Shown in pieces: positions 36,873 to 50,282 of a stretch of DNA of 64,000 nucleotides. How positions within the stretch are numbered: the stretch's first letter is position 1; each line of letters begins with the position of its first letter. Made by a program: the position numbers and the translations under genes. This DNA is from Eledone cirrhosa (Eukaryota), in assembly GCA_964016885.1 (NCBI GenBank), contig OZ024744.1, forward strand, positions 97,216,001 to 97,280,000, given 5' to 3'. The notes beneath the pieces are model-generated. The model made no database searches. It saw nothing but the letters and a program-made list of their open reading frames with translations, and had not been told where the DNA came from.

Positions 36873-39800
36873 CCAAAACTTTCTTTGAAAAAAATGGCTA
36901 ATTCCCCTCTGCACGAAGCAGCTGAAAGCCTTCCTCACAAAATAACACCTCACACCGACACCACCATTGTAAATGTTACTACGTTTGCCAACACAAAAAA
37001 ATATATAAGCAGTAGCAATATTTTAAATTTGTCTCAGGCAGACATTCATTTCCCGCCATTACCTATGACTGCAGGTGTTAAACCCTCCACCACCACCACC
37101 ACCGCGACAACCACCACCACCACCACCACCACCGCGACAACAGAAACAAAAGAAGAAAAAAATAAATTAACTCGTGACGTCGAAATGAAATCAAGCAAAA
37201 TGGACTCTTCCCCACCAAAGACGACTGACGTCACAACCACCACAACTGAAAATAAAATTAATATTAACGATAGCAACAACAACAACAATGACATTATAAA
37301 ACCGACCCTCAGTTTCGCCATCGTAGCAAAACAATTCGAAGCGTTCACGGTAACCCAAGAAGATTTAGAAAATGCCAAACAAATGGTAAAGAAAGATGGG
37401 TACAGGGTCAGCCTCACCCCCCCCACCTAATAAAATGGAGCATCGGCGCCTGTGCACCGTGTCGTATAGAACAATAAATGTAAAATCGCGCCGAGTGTAA
37501 CGGGCATCCGAGTCCCAAATCCAAAAAGCTTTGGGACATGTGTGGGCAAGAAAAACCCACATCAGACGTGGGCAAAAGTATGGAACCGTGGATGTGTTCT
37601 TTGAAACACCAGAGGAGGCTAGAGAACACTCCATGGCCCCATTAAAAAGTGACGACCTCACACTCGTCCCAAGCTATTGTGGCCAGAGACTCGTAAAGAT
37701 CAGGGTGACCCACGTTCCACCGGCCATCGAAATTCCCTGGCTAATAGCGGCCGTCCTCACCGGCATCGAAGCCAACACGAAAATAATAGCAGTAGCAAAA
37801 GAAAAGCAGGAAAACTGGTCCGGATCTGGGATGGAGCTCCTGATCCAAGCGGACCAAAAAAGCATTGAGGAGATCCCAGAGGTAATAGACCTCACTGACG
37901 GCAGCCACCTCACGGTAATTGTCGAGGGCAGAAGACCTAGGTGTGTCGTTTGTGGTGAAGGAACCCACCTAAGGGCTTTCTGCCCTCAGGCTAAAAGGTT
38001 GAGGCCACCTCTCCTACCCACCCCAGTGACAAAACCATCAACACCACCAGTAGCAGAGATGGCAGCAACAACTGTAGCAGCAACAACAGAAGCAACTATA
38101 ACAGCAACAACCCCAGCAACAGTAGCAAAACCAACACCACTACCACCACCAGCAAAACCAACACCACCACCCAACGCTTCAGAACTAGCACCAGCGCCTA
38201 CACCATCCACCACACCACAACCAAAACTAACGGCTGTGGAGGATTTTCCACTCCCCGGCCTATCACAACTGGAGACAGATTGTGACGACGAGGAGTGGGA
38301 AACGATATCCGGAAAAAAAAAAAGAAACCAAAAAAGAAAAAATTCTCTTCCTTCCCCCTCCAAAAACAAAATACAGAGGGAAACAAATAAACTAAGAAAC
38401 AAAAAAGTTAGGACAGATATGCCACCATCCACACCAGCATCACCAACCCCATCAACCCAAACACCAACACCATCACCATCATCATCCCCAGCACCACCAT
38501 CACCTACACCACAAAAGTCACCAAAAAGCGAAACAGAAACAAACCCACAACAAACGCAAACAAAACAAAACAACCAAAACGATACACACTACACAGCATT
38601 AAATTTGAACAACAAGCAATTATTACACTACATCCAACACAACACCAGCATCACAGAAAAAGACTACACAACAACCCCAAAATTCACACCACCCCCACAC
38701 ATACAAATCACTCGCATCACACAGAAAACGTACATGACACTAAAACAAAAATTCCCCAAAGACATCGGAGACTTCCGACAAGCACTCTCCAGGAGGATTT
38801 ATAAGGACATCCTTCCTGAGGAGGCCACAAGCAGTGAAAAGGATGGAAAAGCCGTCCTTCCCCTACGAGAAGTAAGGTAAGTGGTCTTTCCCATCTTTTC
38901 CACTCCTTTTCAACATGACCTCACTCAGAATAGGCAGCATAAATGAGCGTGGCTTGGGGTCGTCATGGAAGCAGGGCCACCTGCTCAACGACCTCAGGTC
39001 ACTAAACATAGATGTAGTGGCCATCAGCGAGACCAGAATCTCCGAAGCACAGGCTTTCGCACCGATCTTCGGCGGCTACGATGTGTACGCATCTCCCAGC
39101 CGTCCGGGATCGGGGGGAGGAGTTGCTGTGCTTTTTCGGAGAGGTTTGGATCTTGCCATACGGGCCATCTTCCTGGACCCAGAAGGTAAGTTGGTGGTGC
39201 TGGACGTGACCAGCGGAGACGGGCAAGCTTTCAGGTTAGTGGCCGTCTATGCCCCGACAGGAGCAGGGCGGCCTGATTTCTTCCGGCGTCTGGAGACCTT
39301 TCTTGGAACGTCCCGCTCTTTAGTGTTAGTGGGCGACTGGAACGGGATCTTAGATGCACGCTGGGATTGTGTGGGATTAGTGGATAGGGAAGGAGGGTGC
39401 AAGAGTCTCACCAACCTGCTCAGACGTTTTGAACTGTCTGACAGGTACCGAATGGATTTCCCGAATGTACCAATGTGGACTTGGACAAGTCGCATAGGGT
39501 CATCCAGATCATATCTAGATAGAGTATTTTGTAGGGAAATAGATAGGTCTAGCATAGGCTGTCCACAATTCAAGATAGTCAGCTACACGGACCACAAATT
39601 CGTGATCTGTGTGCTTGACTTAGATAGGCTTCATAGACGAGGACCCGGCTACTGGAAGCTAAACGCGTCCTTACCAGCGCGCAAGGCCTACAGAGACCGG
39701 ATTAGCGAACTAGTTAAGCGGGCGTTGACGGGGGCCATCGTCAACAACAAGTGGTGGTTTGCTCTGAAAAGAGCAATTAGAATAGAGTCCATTAAGTGTA

Positions 39801-42575
39801 GTAAGACTTTAGCAATAGAGAAAAATAGAGCAGAGGGAGAATTAGTTAGAAAATTAGATGAGGCGCTTAGCAAAGGCATCGCGACCGACGTACTTGCGGC
39901 GAAATTGGCCCTTGACCAATTCTTCAATGCAAAGCACGAAGGCTGCGTTGTCAGAGCTAGGGTGCGTGCTCTCAGACACGAGGGGACGAAAGCCGTTCAA
40001 TGGGCCCGAGTGGCGGAGGCGCGTCGTGGCAACAAAGCCACGATCCGGTCTTTGGTGGACCACGACGGGCGCATGCTACTCGATCCCGGGCAAATGTGTG
40101 AAGCTTTTCAGCGACACTTCGCTCAACTGTTCGGGGGCAGTGGCGGGCCGGATCGAGGGATGGACTTTAGTGTCTACCTCGACGGACTGCCGCGGCTTTC
40201 GGCCACTGAGGCGGAGTGTTGCGAAAAGCCGATAACAACCGCTGAAGTACGGGATGCAATGACTAGTTGCACAAGGGGCAAATCGCCTGGTTTGGATGGT
40301 CTGCCCTATAAACTTTACGTACAAATGCCAAACTTGTTCGGAGGCCTCTTGGCGGACGTCTACTGCAACTGGCAACAGAACGGGAGAATTCCCAGCTCTG
40401 TGAGCCGAGGAGCGGTGGCGCTGCTGAGAAAGGATCCGAACAAGGGGGATAACATAGATAATTTTAGGCCCATAACTCTGCTAAACACAGAGTTCAAGAT
40501 TTTGGCCAAGGTGCTAGCAAAGAGGTTGGCGCTTGTCGTTGGTGGTCTGGTGGGAGAGGCACAGACATGCGCCATTCCCGACAGATCCATCCACGACAAC
40601 CTCCACCTCATGCGATACATCGTAGAGAGGGTAGCTAGGGAACCTGGCACGGGTGGGTCTTTGATCAATTTAGATCAGTCGAAAGCCTTCGATAGGGTCG
40701 ACCATCGTTACCTAGCGGCAGTCCTGAGGGCGGCTGGCTTTGGGCCCGTCTTCAGAGGCTGGATCGCTGCCATGCACAGCAACATCTGCTCTGTAGTGAG
40801 AGTGAACGGTCACCTTTCGGAACCGTTCAACATCATGCGCTCGGTCCGCCAAGGATGTCCCCTCTCGTCCCTATTGTACGTATTGACTCTCGAGCCATTA
40901 CTGCACAAACTGGAGACGTTGAGGGGGGTCCCGCGTGAACTAGGATGCGGAAGATCCGTGTCAGCATATGCCGACGATGTCACCGTAGTGGTGTCGAACG
41001 CCAAACACATCGAGGCGATCGGCACTACACTAAGAGAATACGAAGCGGTGACAGGAGCAATGATCAACCAGGAAAAGTCAGTGGGCCTGCAGCTCGGCAC
41101 CTGGAGAGGCAGGTCCATGCCGTCCAACAGCGTCGTCGGGCGCTGGACGGACGGACCGGTTAAATTGCTAGGGGTCTGGTTCGGTCCAGACCTCCAGACG
41201 GACAAAAACTGGGACGAGGTGACGAGCAGGGTGGCTTCACTCACCCAGAAATGGGCCGAGAGGAAGCTATCCCTAAAAGGTCGAGCGGAGGTGGCGAATG
41301 CGTACATCGCATCCGTCATCTACTACCGCCTGACCGTCGTACCTTGTCCTAAGCCCCGCCTGACTGCGCTGGAGCGTTTGCTCTTTCGCTTCTTGTGGAA
41401 GGGACGCGCTCCGATGGTCAGGCGGTCCATCTGCTGTCAACACCCGCTACGTGGAGGGCTGGGCATGCCGTGGCTGATGATGCGCAGACACGCGCTCAGG
41501 CTACGACATCTCCACCTCTTCCTCGACGGTGATCAGGTGTGGTCGCCGTTTGCAAGACACGTTTTTCCCCAGCTCGTCTCCTTGACGGAGCTGCAGTCCT
41601 GGGTCAAGCGAAGACCGAGAGGGAGCGCTTGGAGACTGGAATGTCTTCAGGCGCTCACAGCCCTCGACCAATCGGGCAATGTGATCGGTGGAAACTCCAC
41701 CTTGGCGTTCTATAGGGGATTAGTGGAGGGGAAGAGCGACGACGTACTTGGAGAAACTCTAGGCGTCGACGAAAACAACTAGCCAATCTCTTCGGAAGGA
41801 CTTTCGGGCCGGGGCCTATGGACAACTTCCAGAAATCCCTGGCCTGGCAGTGCTACCGAGGAGCTTTGCCAGTTCGGGATAAACTCTACAGGCATGGAGG
41901 TGCCGTCAGCCGGGCATGTCCGAGATGCGCGCAGGGCGACGAAACCGTCCTGCACGCACTCGTCCAGTGTCCGAGCATTGCTGACTTGTGGGTTTATGTC
42001 GAACACCTGCTGTCACGTGTAGGACGGATCCAGCTATCAGCTGAGTCCATCGTGAGGATTGCCCCACCCCCTTCCTTTAGCCTGGAAGGGCAGGCAGTTT
42101 TTATCTGTCTGGTGGCCATGGCGAAAGAGATAGTATGGTGGACACGTTTGAAAGGGCTGAAGACGAGCACTTACCTCTTCGGTGATGCCCTGATTAACTT
42201 TTTGAAATTTCATTTGAAAAGGAAAATCAGGGTAGAGAGGGAAGTGCTCTCTTCCCAGCATTTTGTTGAAAGATGGGTGAGAGAAGCAAGTATGGCCCGA
42301 ATGAATGGGCCTTCTCTGAGTATGTGTCTGTAAATTAAAGGTGGAAAACTGGGAGAGGGCACTTGCCCTGGTGGTCAGGGCCACTGTGGTCTTTTAATGG
42401 GCTTTCTCCACAAATGTCCCTTGGAAGTCTCCCCCCTATTGGGGAATTTTTCTTTGTTATTTTATTTCAACCTCTGTTTTTTTACACGCAGAAATGCCCA
42501 TTTGTACCGTCCTGTATTGTCCTGTACTGTCCTTAATGTCTACTTTATGTGAACCCTTGTGGTTAATAAAGAAAA

Positions 42576-42577
<2 letters not shown>
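36873..42577 (+). mobile_element. Tx1/L1-type copy H with a distinct ORF1 but ORF2/3' UTR near-identical to copy G
   Basis: ORF1 36894-38880 (CVVCGEGTHLRAFC; disrupted at ~37420-37500); ORF2 38915-42333 with one frameshift at ~41780; AATAAA then (ATT)n at 42578-42618. Confidence 0.94.
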
Positions 42578-42618
<41 letters not shown>

Positions 42619-42719
42619 TTAAAGTGCGGCAATTACCCAGTACATTACTAATAAATTACCAGTAATATACTGGGTTATTGCTGGTCTTGTGCCAAAAGTA
42701 GAAATATTTATTTTAAAGT

Positions 42720-43290
42720 GCGGTGGATTGGCAGTATTGGTAGAGGGTCGGACGCCAAGCTTTGCAGCATAGAATTATGACCCTTTACGGTCTGAGTTCA
42801 AATCCCGCCGAAGTTAACTTTGGCTTTCATCCTTACGGGGTCGATAGAATAAAGTACCAGTAATGCACTGGGTAATTGCTGGCCTTGCGCCTAAAGTAGA
42901 AACAATTATTTGTATTAGCAGTATTGTTACAGGGTTGGACTCCAGCCTTTACAGCATAGAATTATGGCCCTTTACGGTCTGAGTCCAAATCCTGCCGAGG
43001 TTAACTTTATCTTTCATCTTTTCGGGGTCGATAAAATAAAGTACCAGTAATGTACTGGGATAATCGCCGGCCTTGTGCCAAAAGTAGAAACAATTAGTTA
43101 ACAGTATAAAAGAGCGGTGGATTGGAAGTATCGGGAGAGCGTCAGACACCATGCTTTGCAGCTCAGAGTTATGACCCTTTACGGTCTGAGTTCAAATCCT
43201 GCCGAGGTTAACTTTGCCTTTCAGCCTTTCTTACGAGGGTCGATAAAATTCACTACCAGTAATACACTTGGGTAATTGCTGGCCTTATTA
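42720..43290 (+). mobile_element. Tandem array of about 3 SINE units (plus a partial unit upstream)
   Basis: Repeated TTTACGGTCTGAGTTCAAATCC.GCCGAGGTTAACTTT..CTTTCATC..GGGGTCGATAAAATAAAGTACCAGTAAT. Confidence 0.8.
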
Positions 43291-43639
43291 TTATTTTTTT
43301 CTTTTTCTTTTTATCAATTGAAATATTCCTCGTCGAAATCGACTGAGGTCCAAGCACACTGGTGTTTATATCCTGTTTACTACTCGTCGAAACTAATCAA
43401 TAAACAACTATGTTGTTTGTGTGATCTACAGAGTGAATGATAGTGTTAAACACTAACTACAAAATCATTATTACTTGCCAGCCACAATTTTTCTTTCCAT
43501 TTGATAATAAAGGGGACAATTGATGTAATTATATATACACATAGTCGCGAATGCGCGAGCTCATACATACATACAACACACACGACACACACACGCAGAC
43601 AGGGAGGCACGTACGCTCACATACAAGCGTGCGCATCAC

Positions 43640-43867
43640 ACAGACACACACACACATTCACACATACATTCATGCAACATGAACTGGCGTACAAAGATAC
43701 ATAATTAAGTATACACATACACACACACACACACCCATGTATGCATACACACACACATACACACTCTCACACACAGAAAGGCACACACACACACACACCC
43801 ATGTATGCATACACACACACATACACATCCTCACACACAGAAAGGCGCACACACACACACACACACT

Positions 43868-43898
<31 letters not shown>

Positions 43899-43994
43899 TT
43901 TCATACATACATTCACACATACATTCATGCAACATAAACTGGCGTACAAAGATACATAATTAAGTATACACACACACACCCATGCATGCATACA

Positions 43995-44047
<53 letters not shown>

Positions 44048-44284
44048 ATACACACTTTCATACATACATTCATGCAACATGAACTGGCGTACAAAGATAC
44101 ATAATTAAGTATACACACACACCCATGCATGCATACACACACACCCATGCATGCATACACACACGTACACACACGCACACACGCACACACACACACACAC
44201 ATACACACTTTCATACATACATTCATGCAACATGAACTGGCGTACAAAGATACATAATTAAGTATACACACACACCCATGCATG

Positions 44285-44360
<76 letters not shown>
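43640..44360. repeat. Composite minisatellite: 4 copies of a ~50-bp core (CATTCATGCAACATGAACTGGCGTACAAAGATACATAATTAAGTATAC) separated by variable (CA)n
   Basis: Cores at ~43667, 43922, 44067 and 44220. Confidence 0.9.
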
Positions 44361-44362
<2 letters not shown>

Positions 44363-44760
44363 CATATATATATACACCCTTACACCCCCACCCACCCCCA
44401 CACACACACAGAAAGACACACACACACACACACATATATATATACACCCTCACACACCCACACATACACCCTCACACACACACACATACACTCTCTCTCT
44501 CACACACACACACAAAAAGACACACATACACACATATATATATATGTGTGTATGTGTCTGTATGTGTGTGTATGTTTGTTTGTGTGTGTGTAGGTGTGAG
44601 TGCATATATTTACCCATGCATTAATGTACAAGCACAGACATGTACACACATATATATCTGATATATACATATATATATATGTGTGTGTATAGTTAGGCAT
44701 AGATATAGATATATATTTGTGTGTGCATGTTTTTGTATATACTGTATATATATATGTATG

Positions 44761-44830
<70 letters not shown>

Positions 44831-45012
44831 TATAGATATAGTGAAAAGATAACAAGGACTATTGGTTACTCCTTCATTACATTTATTGGTTGGTGGCGCG
44901 CGTTTCGCCACTGATCAGCTCAAGGTTTGATCTGTATCGATCTTACCCGACTCTGTAATCTGCGGCTCGTCGGACCCCTTGTAATGCTAGTAGAAAATAA
45001 ATACATGCTATG

Positions 45013-45077
<65 letters not shown>

Positions 45078-45660
45078 GGTGGCTGCCAACTCGTTTTCGA
45101 GTACGGCCACTACTTTATATCCATGTAGGAGAACCCCTACCGATGCGCTGAACGAATGTGACTTTTTAGTCCAGCCAGCGACTTGAAAACTCTGGTGCAA
45201 AGACTACACTTGTGACCATTATTGACACATAGTGCAGGGCCCATGGTACCATGTGATGACAAGTGCAGAGAGATCTCCAGATATAAAGCAATGCCTGTGC
45301 TGTGAAGCTTTTATAGTGAGCAAAGGCACTGCACAAAGCCAGTCCCACTCTCTTAACCAAGATGATATTTACCAAAAAGAAGAACAAGTCAACATCACTG
45401 GATACCATCAGGGTTGCAGGTGTTATATCAGAGTTTTCCTTCTCCTAGAATTCTGCCTTGACAAAGGCTAAGGGGTCATCTCTCCCGGTGATTTTGGATG
45501 GCTATTGACTCTTAAGAGCTCCCTTGCCCTTTGACAGGTTTTGTTTTTAGTCCTGCAGGATGTCCAAAGTCACCCTCCTCACCAAGAAACCTTGGTGGGG
45601 TTGCCAGTTTAGTCGCCAACGACCCGACCATGAGACAGGTTGTACTGGGATACATGTTAC

Positions 45661-45696
<36 letters not shown>

Positions 45697-45782
45697 GTAG
45701 GTTCCGGGTTGAGTCGGGGATAACCACAGTAAGTAAGGTACTCAATACATGGCAGAGTAAACATTTTTTATTTTATAGAAGG

Positions 45783-45833
45783 AGCTTCTACAGGACTAGT
45801 ACTGTTTCATTTAGATGAGATCTTCAGGAAGCT
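45783..45833 (-). ncRNA. Type I hammerhead ribozyme motif
   Basis: Reverse strand AGCTTC-CTGAAGA-TCTCATCTAAAT-GAAAC-AG..CT-GTA-GAAGCT: perfect 6-bp stem I, weak stem II; degenerate sister copy on + at ~50508-50552. Confidence 0.6.
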
Positions 45834-46044
45834 GGGTGTCATATTAAGTTCTGGTATTTATACATTTAGGTAGTGGTAAGGGAGGGGTGGTGGCTGGGGG
45901 GGGGGTATTTAAATACACAGGACCACAACATGGCACAGGCCGTTTTTTTTTTTGGGGGGGGGGGAGTGGTCAATTAGCCAGAGACTGTTAGGTAATAAAA
46001 CAATGTATTTCTAAGCGCTCTTTGGTTATTCCTATAACTATATA

Positions 46045-46346
46045 TATAGTAATAATAATAAATTCGAAGACTAAAATCCAAAGAGGGCTCGATAAGGATA
46101 AATATATATCAAGTAGAGCAAATATTTATTAAAATAAGAGATTAAAGTTTAAGCAAAGAATCGCTGCTTTCACCCTTACCGGGATGTTTCAGAAGATCCC
46201 GTTAAGGGTGAAAGCAGCGATTCTTTGCTTAAACTTTAATCTGTTATTTTAATAAATATTTGCTCTACGGTTCTTATATATTTGATATATATTTATCCTT
46301 ATCGAGCCCTCTTTGGATTTTAGTCTTCAATTTTATTATTATTACT

Positions 46347-46349
<3 letters not shown>
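46045..46349. repeat. Fold-back palindrome (~140-bp arms) centred on a broken HHR-like core
   Basis: Arms are reverse complements; the centre reads CAGAAGA-TCCCGTTAAGGGT-GAAA. Confidence 0.85.
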
Positions 46350-46415
<66 letters not shown>

Positions 46416-46575
46416 TATATAGATATATATATATATATATATATATAACAGGGAGAAAGAGACGATCATTAGGAAGAAAAATATATTTTTTTCCTTTTCT
46501 ATTTCTTTCTCTCGTTTTTTCTGGGTTAGAAAATGATTAAAACGAAATGTTTTACTTATATATATATATATACTG

Positions 46576-46617
<42 letters not shown>

Positions 46618-46711
46618 GTATATAAGGGAGGGGATTAGGAGTGTGTAACACTCCACTTATCAAATAGGCAGTATAAGGTTAGCTCGATGTCTGAGGACAG
46701 AGCCGTAATAC

Positions 46712-46873
46712 AATTAACAACAAAGAACGCTTAGAGCATAGGTATATCTTTACTTGCTGACAGTGTTTCGTCCACACTATAAGTCCACACTATGAGTCCC
46801 ACTTATAGTGTGGACGAAACACTGTCAGCAAGTAAAGATATACCTATGCTCTAAGCGTTCTTTGTTGTTGATT
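46712..46873. repeat. Fold-back palindrome (~70-bp arms) containing an HHR 3' half
   Basis: Arms are reverse complements; right arm CTATGA-GTCC..GGAC-GAAAC-ACT-GTC. Confidence 0.85.
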
Positions 46874-46960
46874 ATATATGCTAGCGTAAACCTCTTCAAA
46901 TGAAGTTGATGTTTATTACGGTATGTCGAATATATTTATCTATAAAACTGTTTATATTGT

Positions 46961-47024
46961 ATTTTGTCTGATGAAGGCATAGCATATTGTTAATATGATA
47001 TCCCCGAAATATATATAATGAAAT
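46961..47024 (+). ncRNA. Type I hammerhead ribozyme motif in an AT-rich dispersed repeat
   Basis: ATTTTGT-CTGATGA-AGG(hairpin)CCCC-GAAAT-ATAT-ATA-ATGAAAT; same family at ~48.05-48.3 kb and 56.5-56.98 kb. Confidence 0.65.
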
Positions 47025-47183
47025 AGATATGGTTTTATAAATATAGTTTTCCATTTATTTAATATTGTAAATATACTCCAAATATTTGTCGAGTGCTTTT
47101 ATATCAGTTATAAATATTTACTAGTTGTAACCCAACAATTTTAAATATAACTTTACATGTATATATATATATATATATATATA

Positions 47184-47962
47184 AATGGAAAAAATGAAAC
47201 GAAATTTCATTTCCCACTCTTAATACGGCTGTTACTTAAATATAAGTATGTACACGTACATACATATATATATACAGACATACAGTAGTATGTATATATA
47301 TATATATATACATACATGCACACATATATATATATGTACGTATGGATTCGCCGAACATTTATTATAATGCTCGGTGTGTTTGTAAACAAACATCCTGAAT
47401 TAAGCCGTAGTGTCTAGCAACCATTGTTGCTCATTTGTTCAACACTGACAAAGGAACGCTGTACTAGTTTCAAGCTTATTAGCTATCGTCAGCAACGTAT
47501 ACCGTCCCGCCGATTGTTGAACATATACTTACCTTATGCATATTAACGGCTGAGTAGCCCAATTTGCATATCGAGTGGGTTAATCGGCCGGGTGCACCGA
47601 AAACGATAAACGGAAAAAATGAAACGAAATTTCATTTCCCACTCTTAGTACGGTTGTTACTTAAATATAAGTATGTACACGTACATACATATATGTATAC
47701 AGACGTACAGTAGTATGTATATATATATATACATACATGCACACATATATATATGTACGTATAGAGTCACCGAACATTTATTATAATGCTCGGTGTGTTT
47801 GTAAATAAATCATCCCGTATTAAGCCGTAGTGTCCAGCAACCATCGTTGCTCGTTTGTTCAACACTGACAAAGGAACGCTGTACTAGTTTCAAGCTTATT
47901 AGCTATCGTCATCAACGTATAACTTCCTGCCAGATTGTTGAACATATACTTACCTTTTGCAT
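47184..47962. repeat. Direct tandem duplication, period ~425 bp
   Basis: GGAAAAAATGAAACGAAATTTCATTTCCCACTC...ACATATACTTACCTT at ~47187 and ~47612. Confidence 0.9.
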
Positions 47963-47967
47963 ATCGA

Positions 47968-48041
<74 letters not shown>

Positions 48042-48346
48042 GATATTAACAAATGGAAACTATATTTATAAAACCATATTTATTTCATTATACATATTTC
48101 AAGGAAATCCAAGTTAAATTATGGTGTGCTTTCATTAGATAAAATATAATATAGAGCAGTTTTATAAATAAATATTGACATACCCTTAAAGAATGCGACC
48201 ATTACTGTTGGAAGCTCCCGGATAGATATGGTTTTATAAATATAGTTTCCATTTGTTAATATCGTATTTTTACTCCAATTATTTGTTGAGTGCTTTATAT
48301 CAGTTATAAAAGTATTTGCTTGTTGTATCCCAACAATTTAAATGGA

Positions 48347-48482
<136 letters not shown>

Positions 48483-48495
48483 TCCATTTAAATTG

Positions 48496-48563
<68 letters not shown>

Positions 48564-49529
48564 ATACTTGGGGAGGGTCATATTTGTGTAATATTGCCAG
48601 AATTAATAACAGAACACACTCACTGTTTGGTTGGTTTTCACTTTTCGTTTCTGTGTCTTTTATATCGGTAATCTAATTTATTCGGTCCTCAATGTTGCCA
48701 TTGACTGACCAACTGTCAAAAATAATACAGATACAATATAGACACAAACACATATATATAGTTTATCAAAGTTCTTTCGTTGCACATCTGCAACATCGTC
48801 AGTGGTGCTATTGTTTCCTCCCGTTGCATTGTATTTTCTACGCCATCTTTATTTAGTCTGTTTATATATTTATTTATTTGTTTATTTTATTTTGTCTTCT
48901 TTGCGCATGCGTTTGCGTGTGTGTATAGTGTTTTGTTTGATGTGTGTTCGTGATTGGGTGACTGTGTATTGGTTAATGTATTCTATCTTAGTGTGTGTTT
49001 ATATGTGTTTGTTGTTATTGTGCTTGTGTATGTATTTATTTATTTTCCAAAATACAAACTACATTATTGATAACGAATCATGGTCTGTCATTGTCAGAGT
49101 CTGTGGTTATAAAGGTCTTCACACTACTCAGACTATGAGATCGATCTCGTCTGTGAGGAGCAAGCCAGAGTTGTGTCCTCAATGCTAACAGAAAGACAGC
49201 AACACACTAGTAGTGATGTGTTGCATTCATTTTGTGGGTCTCATAAGCAGCCTTTAAATCAACATAGCCACAGAAGCAATAGCTTCATTTAAATCTTCCA
49301 TTTTGTAAGAACCTTTTCTTGATAAGAAAATGAGTTATATTTTCTTTCACCGTGTAAATAGAATGTTACTAACTGAGATCTGAAGACAAGTATATTATTA
49401 CAATGTTCGTCACAGAGCCGAACTCCCATCACCATCACCCCCCATCTCTCTCGCCCTCATCATCTCTCTGTATAGTGAGCAAAAGGGGACCCACGAGCTG
49501 GCCGCCCCACGGCCCCGGCAGCTTTGTTG

Positions 49530-49730
49530 CTACCCCTTTTTTTATTCCAACTTCGATATGTTCGCACTGGTCTGATATCCATTTCTCTTTGGCTTCCCTC
49601 ATTTTCTTCTTGCCCTTTCAATTAACAGCGTTTTATTGTTGTCTTGCCTCCTGGTATGTTAGCTTGGTTTTCCTCAAGTCACGTCTTAAATCACATATGA
49701 CTAAGATGTCATCAGTGACCCATGGTTTAC
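49530..49730 (-). mobile_element. Possible degraded RTE-like LINE fragment
   Basis: Reverse strand encodes KKKMREAKEKWISDQCEHIE, resembling the APE-RT linker of RTE elements. Confidence 0.35.
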
Positions 49731-50026
49731 ATTTGTTTTCTATTTCTCCCCCAGAACTTCTAAAGCTGTTTTATGAAGAGCTTCCTTGATGTCGGTTAAG
49801 GAGTTAATAGCTTCTCCTAGAAGTGTGAGGGCGAAGACAACATAGCTTGACAACAGTGATGTCACGACATATTTCTACAGCTGAGTGAACAGTAACAATT
49901 TAACATAAAGTGTCTTGTTCAAGGACTCAACACATCATCTAGTCCAAGAATCGAACTCACAACCTCACGATTGCAAACCCAACGCTCTACCAATAAATCC
50001 ATATACATTCACACACACAGACACAG

Positions 50027-50067
<41 letters not shown>

Positions 50068-50068
50068 A

Positions 50069-50147
<79 letters not shown>

Positions 50148-50246
50148 GCATATATGTATGTAAAAAGTAAACAGAAATAATAACACAAACGGTACAGTAT
50201 ATGGAAGGAATATATTACTTTCCGGCTTGAAATAGCAGGAAGAAGG

Positions 50247-50282
50247 TCTTAACGTTTCGGACGCTAGTCCTTCATCAGAAGA
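50247..50282 (-). ncRNA. Minimal hammerhead ribozyme motif (PLE pLTR type)
   Basis: Reverse strand TCTT-CTGATGA-A-GGAC-TAGC-GTCC-GAAAC-GTT-AAGA. Confidence 0.7.

Noticed and set aside
43640-44360. Regularly interspaced conserved cores (CRISPR-like)
   Set aside because: The spacers are (CA)n microsatellite, not unique sequence
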